From a virus (lineage: Duplodnaviria > Caudoviricetes), in IMG/VR virus record IMGVR_UViG_3300020045_006323, positions 1 to 37,710 of that record: DNA of 37,710 nt; one strand, given 5' to 3'. The position numbers and the translations under genes are program-made. The notes beneath the pieces are model-generated. The model was not told the DNA's origin. It saw nothing but the letters and a program-made list of their open reading frames with translations, and did not search any database. Shown piece after piece: positions 26,920 through 34,664 of the stretch (its first letter is position 1; each line of letters begins with the position of its first letter).

Positions 26920-27726
26920 ATGAGCGAATCTACTATTCGGAACGCACCGCCAACGCTTGAATGGGTTGCGACGGATCGCTTGCAGGTTGACGCAGAATAT
27001 CAGCGCGCAACCGACGGCCCTGCATCACGCCGGATCATTTACGGTATGGTTAAGTGCTGGGATTGGGCACTGTGCCAACCGCTTGTTGTATCAAGGCGCG
27101 GCGATGGCTCTTTGTTCGTGCTTGACGGCCAGCACCGCCTAAGTGGCGCAAAGCAGCGTGGCGATATCATGCACCTGCCTTGTGTGATCCTGACAGGTTG
27201 CAGCCACACCGCAGAGGCCGAGGCGTTCGTATCGCTCAATACAAAGCGCCAACGGTTAAGTCAGGCTGAATTGTTCAACGCCATGCTTGCCGCGTCCGAT
27301 CCCGAAGCCGTCGCAGTGTCGGCCATGATCCGTGAAACAGGTTGGAGCATCGCGCGGACAAAGAACGTCGCCGCATGGAAGCCGGGGCAATTGGATTGCG
27401 CGCCCATGTTGACAAGGCAGGTCAAGGCGTTCGGTGAAGCGCCGGTACGCAATGCCTTGTCGGCCATGCGTGAAGCCTATCCAGACGTGCAAGTGACTGT
27501 GGCGTCCACGCTTTTGCGCGCCCTGATCCCGATTTACCGCGATAACGACATTGAAGGCATCGATCCCGATGTGTTCATTGAGACGTTGGGCAGCATTGAG
27601 CCGGGCGGATGGTGTGACGAGGGCCGCGACTATCGCCGTCGCAATCCTGCGCTGTCTGGCAATGAAGCGATTGCTGCCGCGATGGTCAAGGCCGCGCGCG
27701 ATAGGTTGCTGGACGTGGCAGCATGA
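26920..27726 (+). CDS. ParB/Srx-like DGQHR-motif protein (DUF6551-like)
   Basis: LQVDAEYQR, PLVVSRR, VLDGQHR, EAEAFVSLN. Confidence 0.8.
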   Translation: MSESTIRNAPPTLEWVATDRLQVDAEYQRATDGPASRRIIYGMVKCWDWALCQPLVVSRRGDGSLFVLDGQHRLSGAKQRGDIMHLPCVILTGCSHTAEAEAFVSLNTKRQRLSQAELFNAMLAASDPEAVAVSAMIRETGWSIARTKNVAAWKPGQLDCAPMLTRQVKAFGEAPVRNALSAMREAYPDVQVTVASTLLRALIPIYRDNDIEGIDPDVFIETLGSIEPGGWCDEGRDYRRRNPALSGNEAIAAAMVKAARDRLLDVAA

Positions 27727-27953
27727 CCACCCCCCACTACATCACCGCATACCTAACCGAACAAGGCATCCCCCACGATGACCTAGACGCATCGTTCCGA
27801 GCCATCGGCCTTGACCAGCTTGATATGCAGGAGATTGCGTTGCTGATCGAGGAACACGCCGGCCATGACGTTCGGGACGTTGTTTACGAAGCATGGCAGA
27901 CGCTTGCCGATGTGGTGGAGACTGCGCGCGGGCTTGAGGGGGTGGGAGGATGA
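27723..27953 (+). CDS. Acyl-carrier-protein-like protein lacking the Ppant Ser
   Basis: DASFRAIGLDQLDMQEIALLIEEHAGHDVRD..WQTLADVV aligns by eye to ACP LGxDSLDxVE..EEEF.IEIPD..TVxD; acidic, 76 aa. Confidence 0.72.
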   Translation: MTTPHYITAYLTEQGIPHDDLDASFRAIGLDQLDMQEIALLIEEHAGHDVRDVVYEAWQTLADVVETARGLEGVGG

Positions 27954-28123
27954 GTGCACCGGCACGTTTCAAGCAGTCCGATGTAAAGCGCGCAACCGCT
28001 GGCGTTGTCAGCGCTGGCCTGTCCATCGCGAAGATCGAGATAGACCACACCGGCAAAATTGTGATTATCACCGGCAAACCAAAACCAATTGCCGAGACAA
28101 ACGAATGGGCCGACCTCGAATGA
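27950..28123 (+). CDS. Putative excisionase/recombination directionality factor
   Basis: Not in track; MSAPARFKQSDVKRATAGVVSAGLSIAKIEIDHTGKIVII..NEWADLE; ATGA-coupled to integrase. Confidence 0.65.
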   Translation: MSAPARFKQSDVKRATAGVVSAGLSIAKIEIDHTGKIVIITGKPKPIAETNEWADLE

Positions 28124-29151
28124 ACCCGTTGCTGCCAGCCTTTGCCAGCCAGTTTACCGATAATCGCGGGAAGCCGCGCGTTCGGTTGCGCCGGACAGGT
28201 TGGAACACGGTCTATGTGCAGGCCGAGCCGGGAACGCCGGAGTTCACCGAAGCCTATCGCACATGGGAAAAGACCGGCAAGCGCGAGATTCGCAGCGCCG
28301 AAGTTGTGCCAGGATCATTCGATGACCTGATCGCACGTTTCTACCGTTCGCAGGTCTGGAGCGAATTGAAGGCCACAACGCAAGAAACCTATCGCGGCGA
28401 ACTGGAGCGATTCCGCGCCAAGTATGGCGACCGCAACGCAGCCACGATGCAGGCCCGTCACATATCCAATCTGATCACCAAAATGAAGGCAACACCATCG
28501 GCGGCAAACAACCTGCTAAAACGCCTTCGCCAGTTGTTTGAATTCGCCATCCATTTGAATTGGCGCAAGGATAATCCGGCAAAGTCTGTGCGACGGCTTA
28601 AGACCCCCAAGGGCGGCTTCCAGACGTGGCAGGAAGAGCAGATCGAAGCGTTTGAGGCAGTGCACCCACTTGGCACCATGCCGCGCCTCGCGTTCGATTT
28701 GGCACTCTACACCGCGCAACGTAAATCAGACATTCGCTTGATGGGTCCGCAGCACATCGACAACGAAGGCCGAATCACAGTCAAGCAGATCAAGACCAAC
28801 AAGGAGCTTCAAATTCTGGTGCATCCCAAGTTGGCAAGGTCGATTAAGGCCACGCCAGTCAAGGATTTGGTATTCATCGTCTCGGACAAAGGAAGCCCGT
28901 TTTCATACGATAGCTTCGGCATGTGGTTCATGCGCCAATGCCGGAAAGCTGGCCTTGAAGGCTATTCGATGCACGGCTTGCGCAAGGCGGCTTCGCGCCG
29001 GATGGCAGAGCTTGGCCTGTCCAATCAGATGATCAAATCGATCACCGGCCACACGTCAGACACCGAAGTTGCCCGCTACACCAGAGACGCAGAACAAGTA
29101 CTTATGGCCGATCACGCAATCAATCGTTTGGCTAGCGAAACAAAGTGCTAG
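28120..29151 (+). CDS. int: Tyrosine integrase
   Basis: Catalytic R (TAQRKSD), K (QIKT), HGLR, GH and Y (VARYT) all present; start re-assigned to ATG 28120. Confidence 0.95.
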   Translation: MNPLLPAFASQFTDNRGKPRVRLRRTGWNTVYVQAEPGTPEFTEAYRTWEKTGKREIRSAEVVPGSFDDLIARFYRSQVWSELKATTQETYRGELERFRAKYGDRNAATMQARHISNLITKMKATPSAANNLLKRLRQLFEFAIHLNWRKDNPAKSVRRLKTPKGGFQTWQEEQIEAFEAVHPLGTMPRLAFDLALYTAQRKSDIRLMGPQHIDNEGRITVKQIKTNKELQILVHPKLARSIKATPVKDLVFIVSDKGSPFSYDSFGMWFMRQCRKAGLEGYSMHGLRKAASRRMAELGLSNQMIKSITGHTSDTEVARYTRDAEQVLMADHAINRLASETKC

Positions 29152-29183
29152 CCAAACTAGCAAATCTATGGCAATGTTTGGGC

Positions 29184-29732
29184 ATGGAAAAAGACCTGCC
29201 AAAGTATGTAACACGGTTTACCGACAATCGCGGTTCAACGCGCTTAAGGTTCCGCCGCACATCTTATCCAACCTATTATTTCAAGAGTGATTTTGGGACT
29301 GATAGGTTCAATGAAGAATATGCAGCGTGCTTGACCGGAAACTATCTGAGCCAAGAGCAATGCGAATATGAACGTGCAAGGGGCTTGATTGCCAACCTAG
29401 AGGCTAGAGACGCCATACTTCCCGAATGCTACATTTATGCGATTGGGGAAATTCAAGGCGATGCGGTCAAGGTTGGTCTTGCAAGGAACGTCACTAAACG
29501 CCTTTGCACCCTACAGATTGGCAATCCCCGAACGTTAAGGCTTTTTGCAATCCGTCCCGGCACCGTTGCCGACGAGAAAAAGGCCCATACCGAACTCCGA
29601 GATCACTGCATCAAAGGTGAGTGGTTCCGCAAACCAGCAGTGCGCCGATTGTTCGAAAGTGATAAAGTTTGGCTAGCATCCCCCGAAGTGTATTTGGCTA
29701 GCAGCCCGCAAACGTCCGAAAATAAGGGATAA
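29184..29732 (+). CDS. Integrase-N-domain/GIY-YIG (T5orf172-like) nuclease fusion
   Basis: N-term LPKYVTRFTDNRGSTRLRFRRT..GTDRFNEEY resembles int N-term; C-term YIYAIG..VKVG..KRL..LQIGNP..EKKAH..GEWF. Confidence 0.8.
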   Translation: MEKDLPKYVTRFTDNRGSTRLRFRRTSYPTYYFKSDFGTDRFNEEYAACLTGNYLSQEQCEYERARGLIANLEARDAILPECYIYAIGEIQGDAVKVGLARNVTKRLCTLQIGNPRTLRLFAIRPGTVADEKKAHTELRDHCIKGEWFRKPAVRRLFESDKVWLASPEVYLASSPQTSENKG

Positions 29733-29743
29733 AATAATGCTTG

Positions 29744-29763
29744 TGGTGCGCCCGACGGGGGTC
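29744..29763 (-). mobile_element. Putative attP core (tRNA 3' end)
   Basis: Reverse complement GACCCCCGTCGGGCGCACCA resembles T-stem, acceptor strand and CCA of a tRNA (Arg-like); centred between the 24-bp repeats. Confidence 0.7.
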
Positions 29764-29920
29764 TATTATCCAAGCCGTAGCAGCACTTTAGTTTGGCTAG
29801 CAGCCCGCAAACGTCAACGCGTTTCCGCTGCGCCCGCTAAATGTTTGGCTAGCAAAATCGGGCTGAAAGCGGACGGCAATCCACTCCCAGCCCTAAACAA
29901 AACGATGATTGGAGCATCGC

Positions 29921-30265
29921 ATGTCTGACCCTGATATCGCGCCCGGAATCCGTGAGCGCAACCCCACCACCCCCACCCCCGTAAAAACGCATACGCCTTT
30001 ACGCCTGAACGCTGGTGATGAAACGCGCATCATGGATAACAAGGGCTTCCCGCTGATCGATGTGCCGTGCGGTGGCATGACGGGCCGGAGGGTTGCCGAG
30101 GCCGAGGAAATGGCCGCGCTAATCGTCCGCGCCGTGAACAGCCACGACGACCTCCTAGCCCTCGCCCATCAATACGCCAGCGACCTACGCCACCCGCCTA
30201 GCGCAGATAGCGTTGAACGCCGGTTGGAGCGCATTGCCGCCGTGTTGGCGAAGGTGGCGGTGTGA
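29921..30265 (+). CDS. Hypothetical protein
   Basis: KTHTP..; AALIVRAVNSHDDLLA motif common in phage early genes. Confidence 0.7.
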   Translation: MSDPDIAPGIRERNPTTPTPVKTHTPLRLNAGDETRIMDNKGFPLIDVPCGGMTGRRVAEAEEMAALIVRAVNSHDDLLALAHQYASDLRHPPSADSVERRLERIAAVLAKVAV

Positions 30266-30627
30266 TGAGCAACCAGACCACCCACCACGCAGAGGCGATC
30301 TTGCGGGCTGCAACACCGGCGGGATGGATGCTGAAGTCGTCTGGCGAACGCTACATCTGGCCAAACAAGCCCCAAGGATTGGTTCTTAGCGGCCCCCAAC
30401 GACTAGAGCCGCTCTACACCGCCGAAGCCATCCTTGCGGCTGTGCGGGAGGCTATGGAGGCGAAGTGGTTGCCGATAGAAGATGCGCCGCGCGATTTAAC
30501 GTGGCTGCTATGCTGGGGACCGGATGCTGGGCATGGAGTGTTTCGGCTAACCCCTAATATGGAATGGGCCGAGGAGCCTGAATACACCCACTTCCGCCCT
30601 CTCCCAACACCCCCGCGAGGTGAGTGA
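30262..30627 (+). CDS. DUF551-like protein
   Basis: WLPIEDAPRD..THFRPLPTPP. Confidence 0.7.
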   Translation: MMSNQTTHHAEAILRAATPAGWMLKSSGERYIWPNKPQGLVLSGPQRLEPLYTAEAILAAVREAMEAKWLPIEDAPRDLTWLLCWGPDAGHGVFRLTPNMEWAEEPEYTHFRPLPTPPRGE

Positions 30628-30820
30628 TATGGGCGGCTTCATCGCAATCGGCATCATGTTCCTGGTCGCCATAGCGCTCGCATATCTGTGCGGCTTGCGT
30701 GACGGCTATCAGGAAGGCGCGACAGATCGAAAAATCAGAACGCGCCGGATCATTGACAGCAAAATCCAAGGCACTGCCTTCAAGTTTCCCGAACCCAAGG
30801 CCCCACCCCATGACAGCTAG
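30620..30820 (+). CDS. Small membrane protein
   Basis: N-terminal TM helix FIAIGIMFLVAIALAYLCG. Confidence 0.55.
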   Translation: MSDMGGFIAIGIMFLVAIALAYLCGLRDGYQEGATDRKIRTRRIIDSKIQGTAFKFPEPKAPPHDS

Positions 30821-31133
30821 GACAGAGACAGCGCAGTGTGAGCGGTGTGATAGGCCGTCGAAGCATGGGACGCTTTGCGGATCATGCATTGCTGATGATT
30901 ATGACGACTTCGATCAAGGCGACGATCGTTGCTACGAGTGTGGCGGCGAAGGCTTTGTATCGGATTGCTTTGAAGAATGGGCCTGCGTTGATCCTGAAAG
31001 CGGCTGCGACCTTTGCACCCGCCGATGCGACGTTTGCAGGCCACACACCCCCACCACACAGGACACCCGCACAGCCGCTCTAGACGAACTTATCGCCAGC
31101 ACGGCAGACCAGTATGGAGACACCCAGCCATGA
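30810..31133 (+). CDS. Cys-rich zinc-finger protein
   Basis: CERC, CGSC, CYECGGEG, CDLC, CDVC motifs. Confidence 0.65.
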   Translation: MTARTETAQCERCDRPSKHGTLCGSCIADDYDDFDQGDDRCYECGGEGFVSDCFEEWACVDPESGCDLCTRRCDVCRPHTPTTQDTRTAALDELIASTADQYGDTQP

Positions 31134-31510
31134 CCGAAGTATTCAAAGAACTCGCAAATCGTTTTTGCCAATGGCCACTCCCTGCCGATGTTTGCGCGGA
31201 CGTGTGCGCAACTAACCCTACTTATGCTTATCCTCGCAGCGGAACGAACCTACTGACCGTGGCGCAGGCAGAACAGATGCTTCGCCATGTTTTGGCCGGT
31301 GAGGCTGATTACCGCACGTATTGCGAACAGACTGACCGCGAAGCCGATGGGACAATTGAGAGCCTAACGACAGTCGCAAACATGCTTGAGCAATATGGCA
31401 TTGCAGAATTGCCAGCCAACGAAGTGGGGCAAGTCGATTTTATGCGGGCGTTGATGGAAAGCGCCGTTGCTGAAATTCGCGCCTTTATTGCCAAGGACAA
31501 ACAGCCATGA
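31130..31510 (+). CDS. Hypothetical protein
   Basis: RFCQWPLP..SGTNLLTVAQAEQMLRHVL motif; GGAG RBS. Confidence 0.65.
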   Translation: MTEVFKELANRFCQWPLPADVCADVCATNPTYAYPRSGTNLLTVAQAEQMLRHVLAGEADYRTYCEQTDREADGTIESLTTVANMLEQYGIAELPANEVGQVDFMRALMESAVAEIRAFIAKDKQP

Positions 31511-32436
31511 CCGAAACCGAAGTTACGAAGGAGGAATACGTCATTCGCAAGGGCAGTTATTATTACCGCCCAAACGCGCAAGGCTACACATCAAGCATAA
31601 ACACAGCGGGCAGGTTTTCGCTTGAAGAAGCGATCCTGCATTCATACCCGAACGGACCTGACGGGCCGCGCGATAGCATTGATTACATGCCTGCTCCGGT
31701 CCGCACCCAAACCGCAGCGGGCTTTCAGGCCGAAGTCAGTCAATGGATGACTGTTTGCTTTGGTGAAACGATCAAGGCCGACAAGGTTGAGCGCTGCGAC
31801 CGCTTCATTGAGGAAGCATTAGAGTTTGTGCAGGCCGTTGGGTATTCGGCAGATCGCGCCCACGCGCTTGTTGATTATGTCTTTGGCCGTGCCGTTGGCG
31901 AAGTCAGTCAAGAGGTTGGCGGTGTGATGGTCACACTTGCAGCGGCTTGCAATACCGTTGGCGTTGATATTGGTGAAGCTGCACGAACCGAACTTGCTCG
32001 CGTTTGGACTAAGGTTGAGGCCATCCGTGCAAAGCAGGCTGCGAAACCTACTGGCAGCGCGTTGCCTATCGCGACCCAATCCGCAGCGCAGAATGTTCCG
32101 GTGTTGCTGGAGGCTTTGAAGCAAATCCAGCGCGAAACCACAGCAGTCACGCCAGACCTTGAGAACATGGAAATCTGCATTGGCACAATAAACAGCCATG
32201 TGACGAAGGTTCTTGGTGCCCAGGCAGCGCCGATTGCGCGATACCGCCATGTAAAGCGCGGGACGGTCTATGAAGTGATCGGTGAAGCAGAGTTGCAAAT
32301 GTCCGTCGATTGCCTTGTCGATGGCAGCAGCATGGTTGTCTATCGCGGCGAGGACGGAAGGCTCTGGTGCCGGGAAGAAGGCGAATTTCACGATGGGCGC
32401 TTTGAAGCCATCACCCAAGCACAGGAGCCAGAATGA
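31507..32436 (+). CDS. Multidomain protein: MazG-like NTP pyrophosphohydrolase fold plus DUF1653-like domain
   Basis: RFIEEALE..QEVGGVMVTLAA; C-term RYRHVKRGTVYEVIG..MVVYR..LWCR..EF.DGRF. Confidence 0.6.
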   Translation: MTETEVTKEEYVIRKGSYYYRPNAQGYTSSINTAGRFSLEEAILHSYPNGPDGPRDSIDYMPAPVRTQTAAGFQAEVSQWMTVCFGETIKADKVERCDRFIEEALEFVQAVGYSADRAHALVDYVFGRAVGEVSQEVGGVMVTLAAACNTVGVDIGEAARTELARVWTKVEAIRAKQAAKPTGSALPIATQSAAQNVPVLLEALKQIQRETTAVTPDLENMEICIGTINSHVTKVLGAQAAPIARYRHVKRGTVYEVIGEAELQMSVDCLVDGSSMVVYRGEDGRLWCREEGEFHDGRFEAITQAQEPE

Positions 32437-32732
32437 TGCTTAACGACAGCGACAGCAACATGGCGGCAAACGCAATATGCCACTCCGCCGATATGGCAAA
32501 AGCAACTTGGCAAGAAGCTGCATGGGAGCAAATGCGTCCGTCCGTAGTGTTCAAGCCTACGCTCTCAAAAGACGGCGACATGTGGTGCGCTTTGTTCGGT
32601 GAAAACCTTGCTGAAGGTGTTGCTGGTTTCGGCCCTCGTCCTGCCGATGCAATGTGGGCATTTGATACTGCTTGGCTGACTGAGAGCGGATCGCACATCA
32701 TCCAGCGTAAGGAGCCAACCCATGAACGCTGA
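32433..32732 (+). CDS. Conserved phage hypothetical protein
   Basis: DGDMWCALFGENLAEGVAGFG.PADAMWAFD. Confidence 0.7.
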   Translation: MMLNDSDSNMAANAICHSADMAKATWQEAAWEQMRPSVVFKPTLSKDGDMWCALFGENLAEGVAGFGPRPADAMWAFDTAWLTESGSHIIQRKEPTHER

Positions 32733-32934
32733 ACAGATTGTGGCAATCTACGTTATCGGTGCAGTCATTTCCGCCATCATCCTTGGGGCAGTAGAAGACC
32801 GCTCGCATGATGATTGGGTAGGTGGTTGGTGCATCGCCGCACTTTGGCCGCTTATCTTTGTGGTGATTGCTGTTTGTGCTTTCATTGGCGGGCCTTTCTG
32901 GCTTGGCCGTCAGATCAGGAGGCTTTTGCCATGA
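32722..32934 (+). CDS. Small two-TM membrane protein
   Basis: Two hydrophobic stretches; AAGGAG RBS. Confidence 0.65.
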   Translation: MNAEQIVAIYVIGAVISAIILGAVEDRSHDDWVGGWCIAALWPLIFVVIAVCAFIGGPFWLGRQIRRLLP

Positions 32935-34105
32935 CCACCATCCCCGACCACGTAGGCCGTGAAGCCGTGCGGCTGTTGAGTAAGAACGACCCATGCCTCT
33001 ACTGGTTCTGGCCTAAAGATCGAGACAACTTCGCAGTCATCACCGTAGCTGAGCTGCTAATGAACCCGCCTGCACCGATGACCGATCCTGATGAGGAAGC
33101 GGCTAAGCGGGTGTTAGAAGCTGCATTCCCTAATTGTGATTGCGTTCGCAGCGTAATACTCACCCGCGCCACCGAGCAAATGCGCAAGGAGCGTGAAGCA
33201 TGGGAGGCGGGACGGTGAAGGTAATAGCTGAGACCGTCGATGAGCAAGGATGGTCATGCACCGTCTATTTTGGCCAAGACGACGAAGCCCGCGATGCAAT
33301 GCGCGCTTTCTCTGACCAACTCCGCACCGGCCAGCTTGTCGCAGTGGCGGATGATGCGGTTGAGCGGGTTGCGCGGGCGATGTTCATTAAAGAACTGGGT
33401 GAGCCGGATGATTGGGATAAGTGGCAAAGCCTGCTTCAAGAGTATCGCAACCTTGCATCAACAGCCATCGCAGCAATGAAGGACACCCAGCCTGCCCTAG
33501 CCGCGAAAGGAACCGGCGATGAGTGATATTGTGGAGCGGAAGTTGCGCGCTGATCTTGACGCAGCGAACGAGCAACACATGCCTGTAATGGTTGTGCAGA
33601 CAACTTACCTGTCTGATATTGTTAAGCACATGATCCGCCTACGCGCCGAACTTGCCGAAGCGCAAACCATTGCGATTGATGCACTAAAGCCGTTTGCCGA
33701 CTGCATCGAACAAATCGTCGATGATGAAGACGATGAGGAATGGGCAAAGTTCCGGCTGCTGATTAAGGACTATCGCCGTGCAGCCCAAGCAATCCGCGCG
33801 CTCAAGTCACCAAAACCGCAGGAGGATTGAGTTTGCCTAAAATAAAACCATTCCTCGACGCGGCCAGACTCGCCCCTATCAAGACAGGTCCAATCCCAGA
33901 CGATGGCACGATCTATGGCGCTGAACCCAAAGCCATCTTTATCATTGATGCGCAAGGCCGGTTGTTTGAAGTGATAAGCGGTAGGCTATCCAACGGAGAG
34001 TTGCGCCAGATCACCAACCCCCGCGCTGCTTTGGGCAAGTTGATGGATGATTGTGACATGCAAGACATTGATTGGGTCAAGTCACCAAAATCGCCGATCC
34101 TTTGA
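32931..34105 (+). CDS. Four hypothetical genes (32931-33218, about 33215-33526, 33519-33830, 33827-34105)
   Basis: Chained overlaps and RBSs; no family recognised. Confidence 0.55.
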
Positions 34106-34129
34106 CACGTTGTGGGGATGTGTTAAAGT
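34102..34129 (+). promoter_or_regulatory. Sigma70-like promoter for the tRNA-like RNA
   Basis: TTGACA-N16-TAAAGT. Confidence 0.6.
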
Positions 34130-34140
34130 AATCGTGCTGC

Positions 34141-34235
34141 TGTGCTGTGGCTGAGAGGCTGAAGGCATAGTTCGCGACTAGGGGTTAGGATGGTGCATCA
34201 TCCGGCATCCGTGGGTTCGAATCCCACTGGCCCGC
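34141..34235 (+). ncRNA. tRNA-like RNA (class II, Ser-like; pseudo-tRNA)
   Basis: D-arm TGGCTGAGAGGCTGAAGGCA, perfect T-arm GTGGG-TTCGAAT-CCCAC, long variable hairpin; anticodon arm aberrant, acceptor stem weak, no CCA. Confidence 0.7.
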
Positions 34236-34303
34236 AGCAACAAGGGCGGCGTTAGGACAGGGAGTTCCCGGTCGCGCCGCCCTAACCATTTCAAGGAACC
34301 AAC

Positions 34304-34561
34304 ATGACCAGAACCATGGCTGAAATTGAACAGCGCTATGAAGCGGACCGTCAAGCAAAGCTGGATCGCATCAGGAATGGTGAAGTCTCTGCAAGCATGT
34401 CTGGCATTGAGTATCACCCGAAGCCTTGGGGCGAACTGGATGTGAATAACCCCAGTGATTTGCAGATTATATCGGTTGCTCTGTCTTGGGATGGTTCCAA
34501 GCATATTCTCGAAACCATCCAATACCAAAAGTTTGACCGGTCTAGGCGTGTTAAACCCTAA
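34304..34561 (+). CDS. Hypothetical protein
   Basis: AAGGA RBS, 85 aa, downstream of tRNA-like RNA. Confidence 0.6.
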   Translation: MTRTMAEIEQRYEADRQAKLDRIRNGEVSASMSGIEYHPKPWGELDVNNPSDLQIISVALSWDGSKHILETIQYQKFDRSRRVKP

Positions 34562-34664
34562 CCCCCGCAAACCCCAATCACCACGGCAGGATGCGGCATA
34601 TACCACATATCCCACGCCATGAGAGCCATCAGGCCCCACATGGCTATGCGTTCAATATGGTGCA

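Larger units (their letters stand above)
29126..29853. repeat. Six TTTGGCTAGC copies (putative integrase arm sites)
   Basis: 11-mers at 29126-29136, 29147-29157 (inverted), 29667-29677, 29692-29702, 29791-29801, 29843-29853; 24-bp direct repeat at 29693-29716 and 29792-29815. Confidence 0.85.

Noticed and set aside
26920-27726. Dnd phosphorothioation or plasmid partition system
   Set aside because: DGQHR motif alone; no dnd genes, ParA or parS array seen.
27865-28119. N-terminal extension of the integrase in the ORF track
   Set aside because: Overlaps ACP-like and xis-like genes in other frames; ATGA coupling supports start at 28120.
29693-29815. 24-bp direct repeats as a mini-CRISPR array
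   Set aside because: Only two full copies, 75-bp spacing, no cas genes; better explained as integrase arm sites around an att core.
32223-32231. Other GGCAGCGCC copies (here and near 37695)
   Set aside because: Inside coding sequence with no extended flanking stem; likely codon-derived.
34141-34235. Functional decoding tRNA or an attL/attR remnant
   Set aside because: No canonical 7-nt anticodon loop on a 5-bp stem, weak acceptor, no CCA, and no match to the core at 29744-29763.
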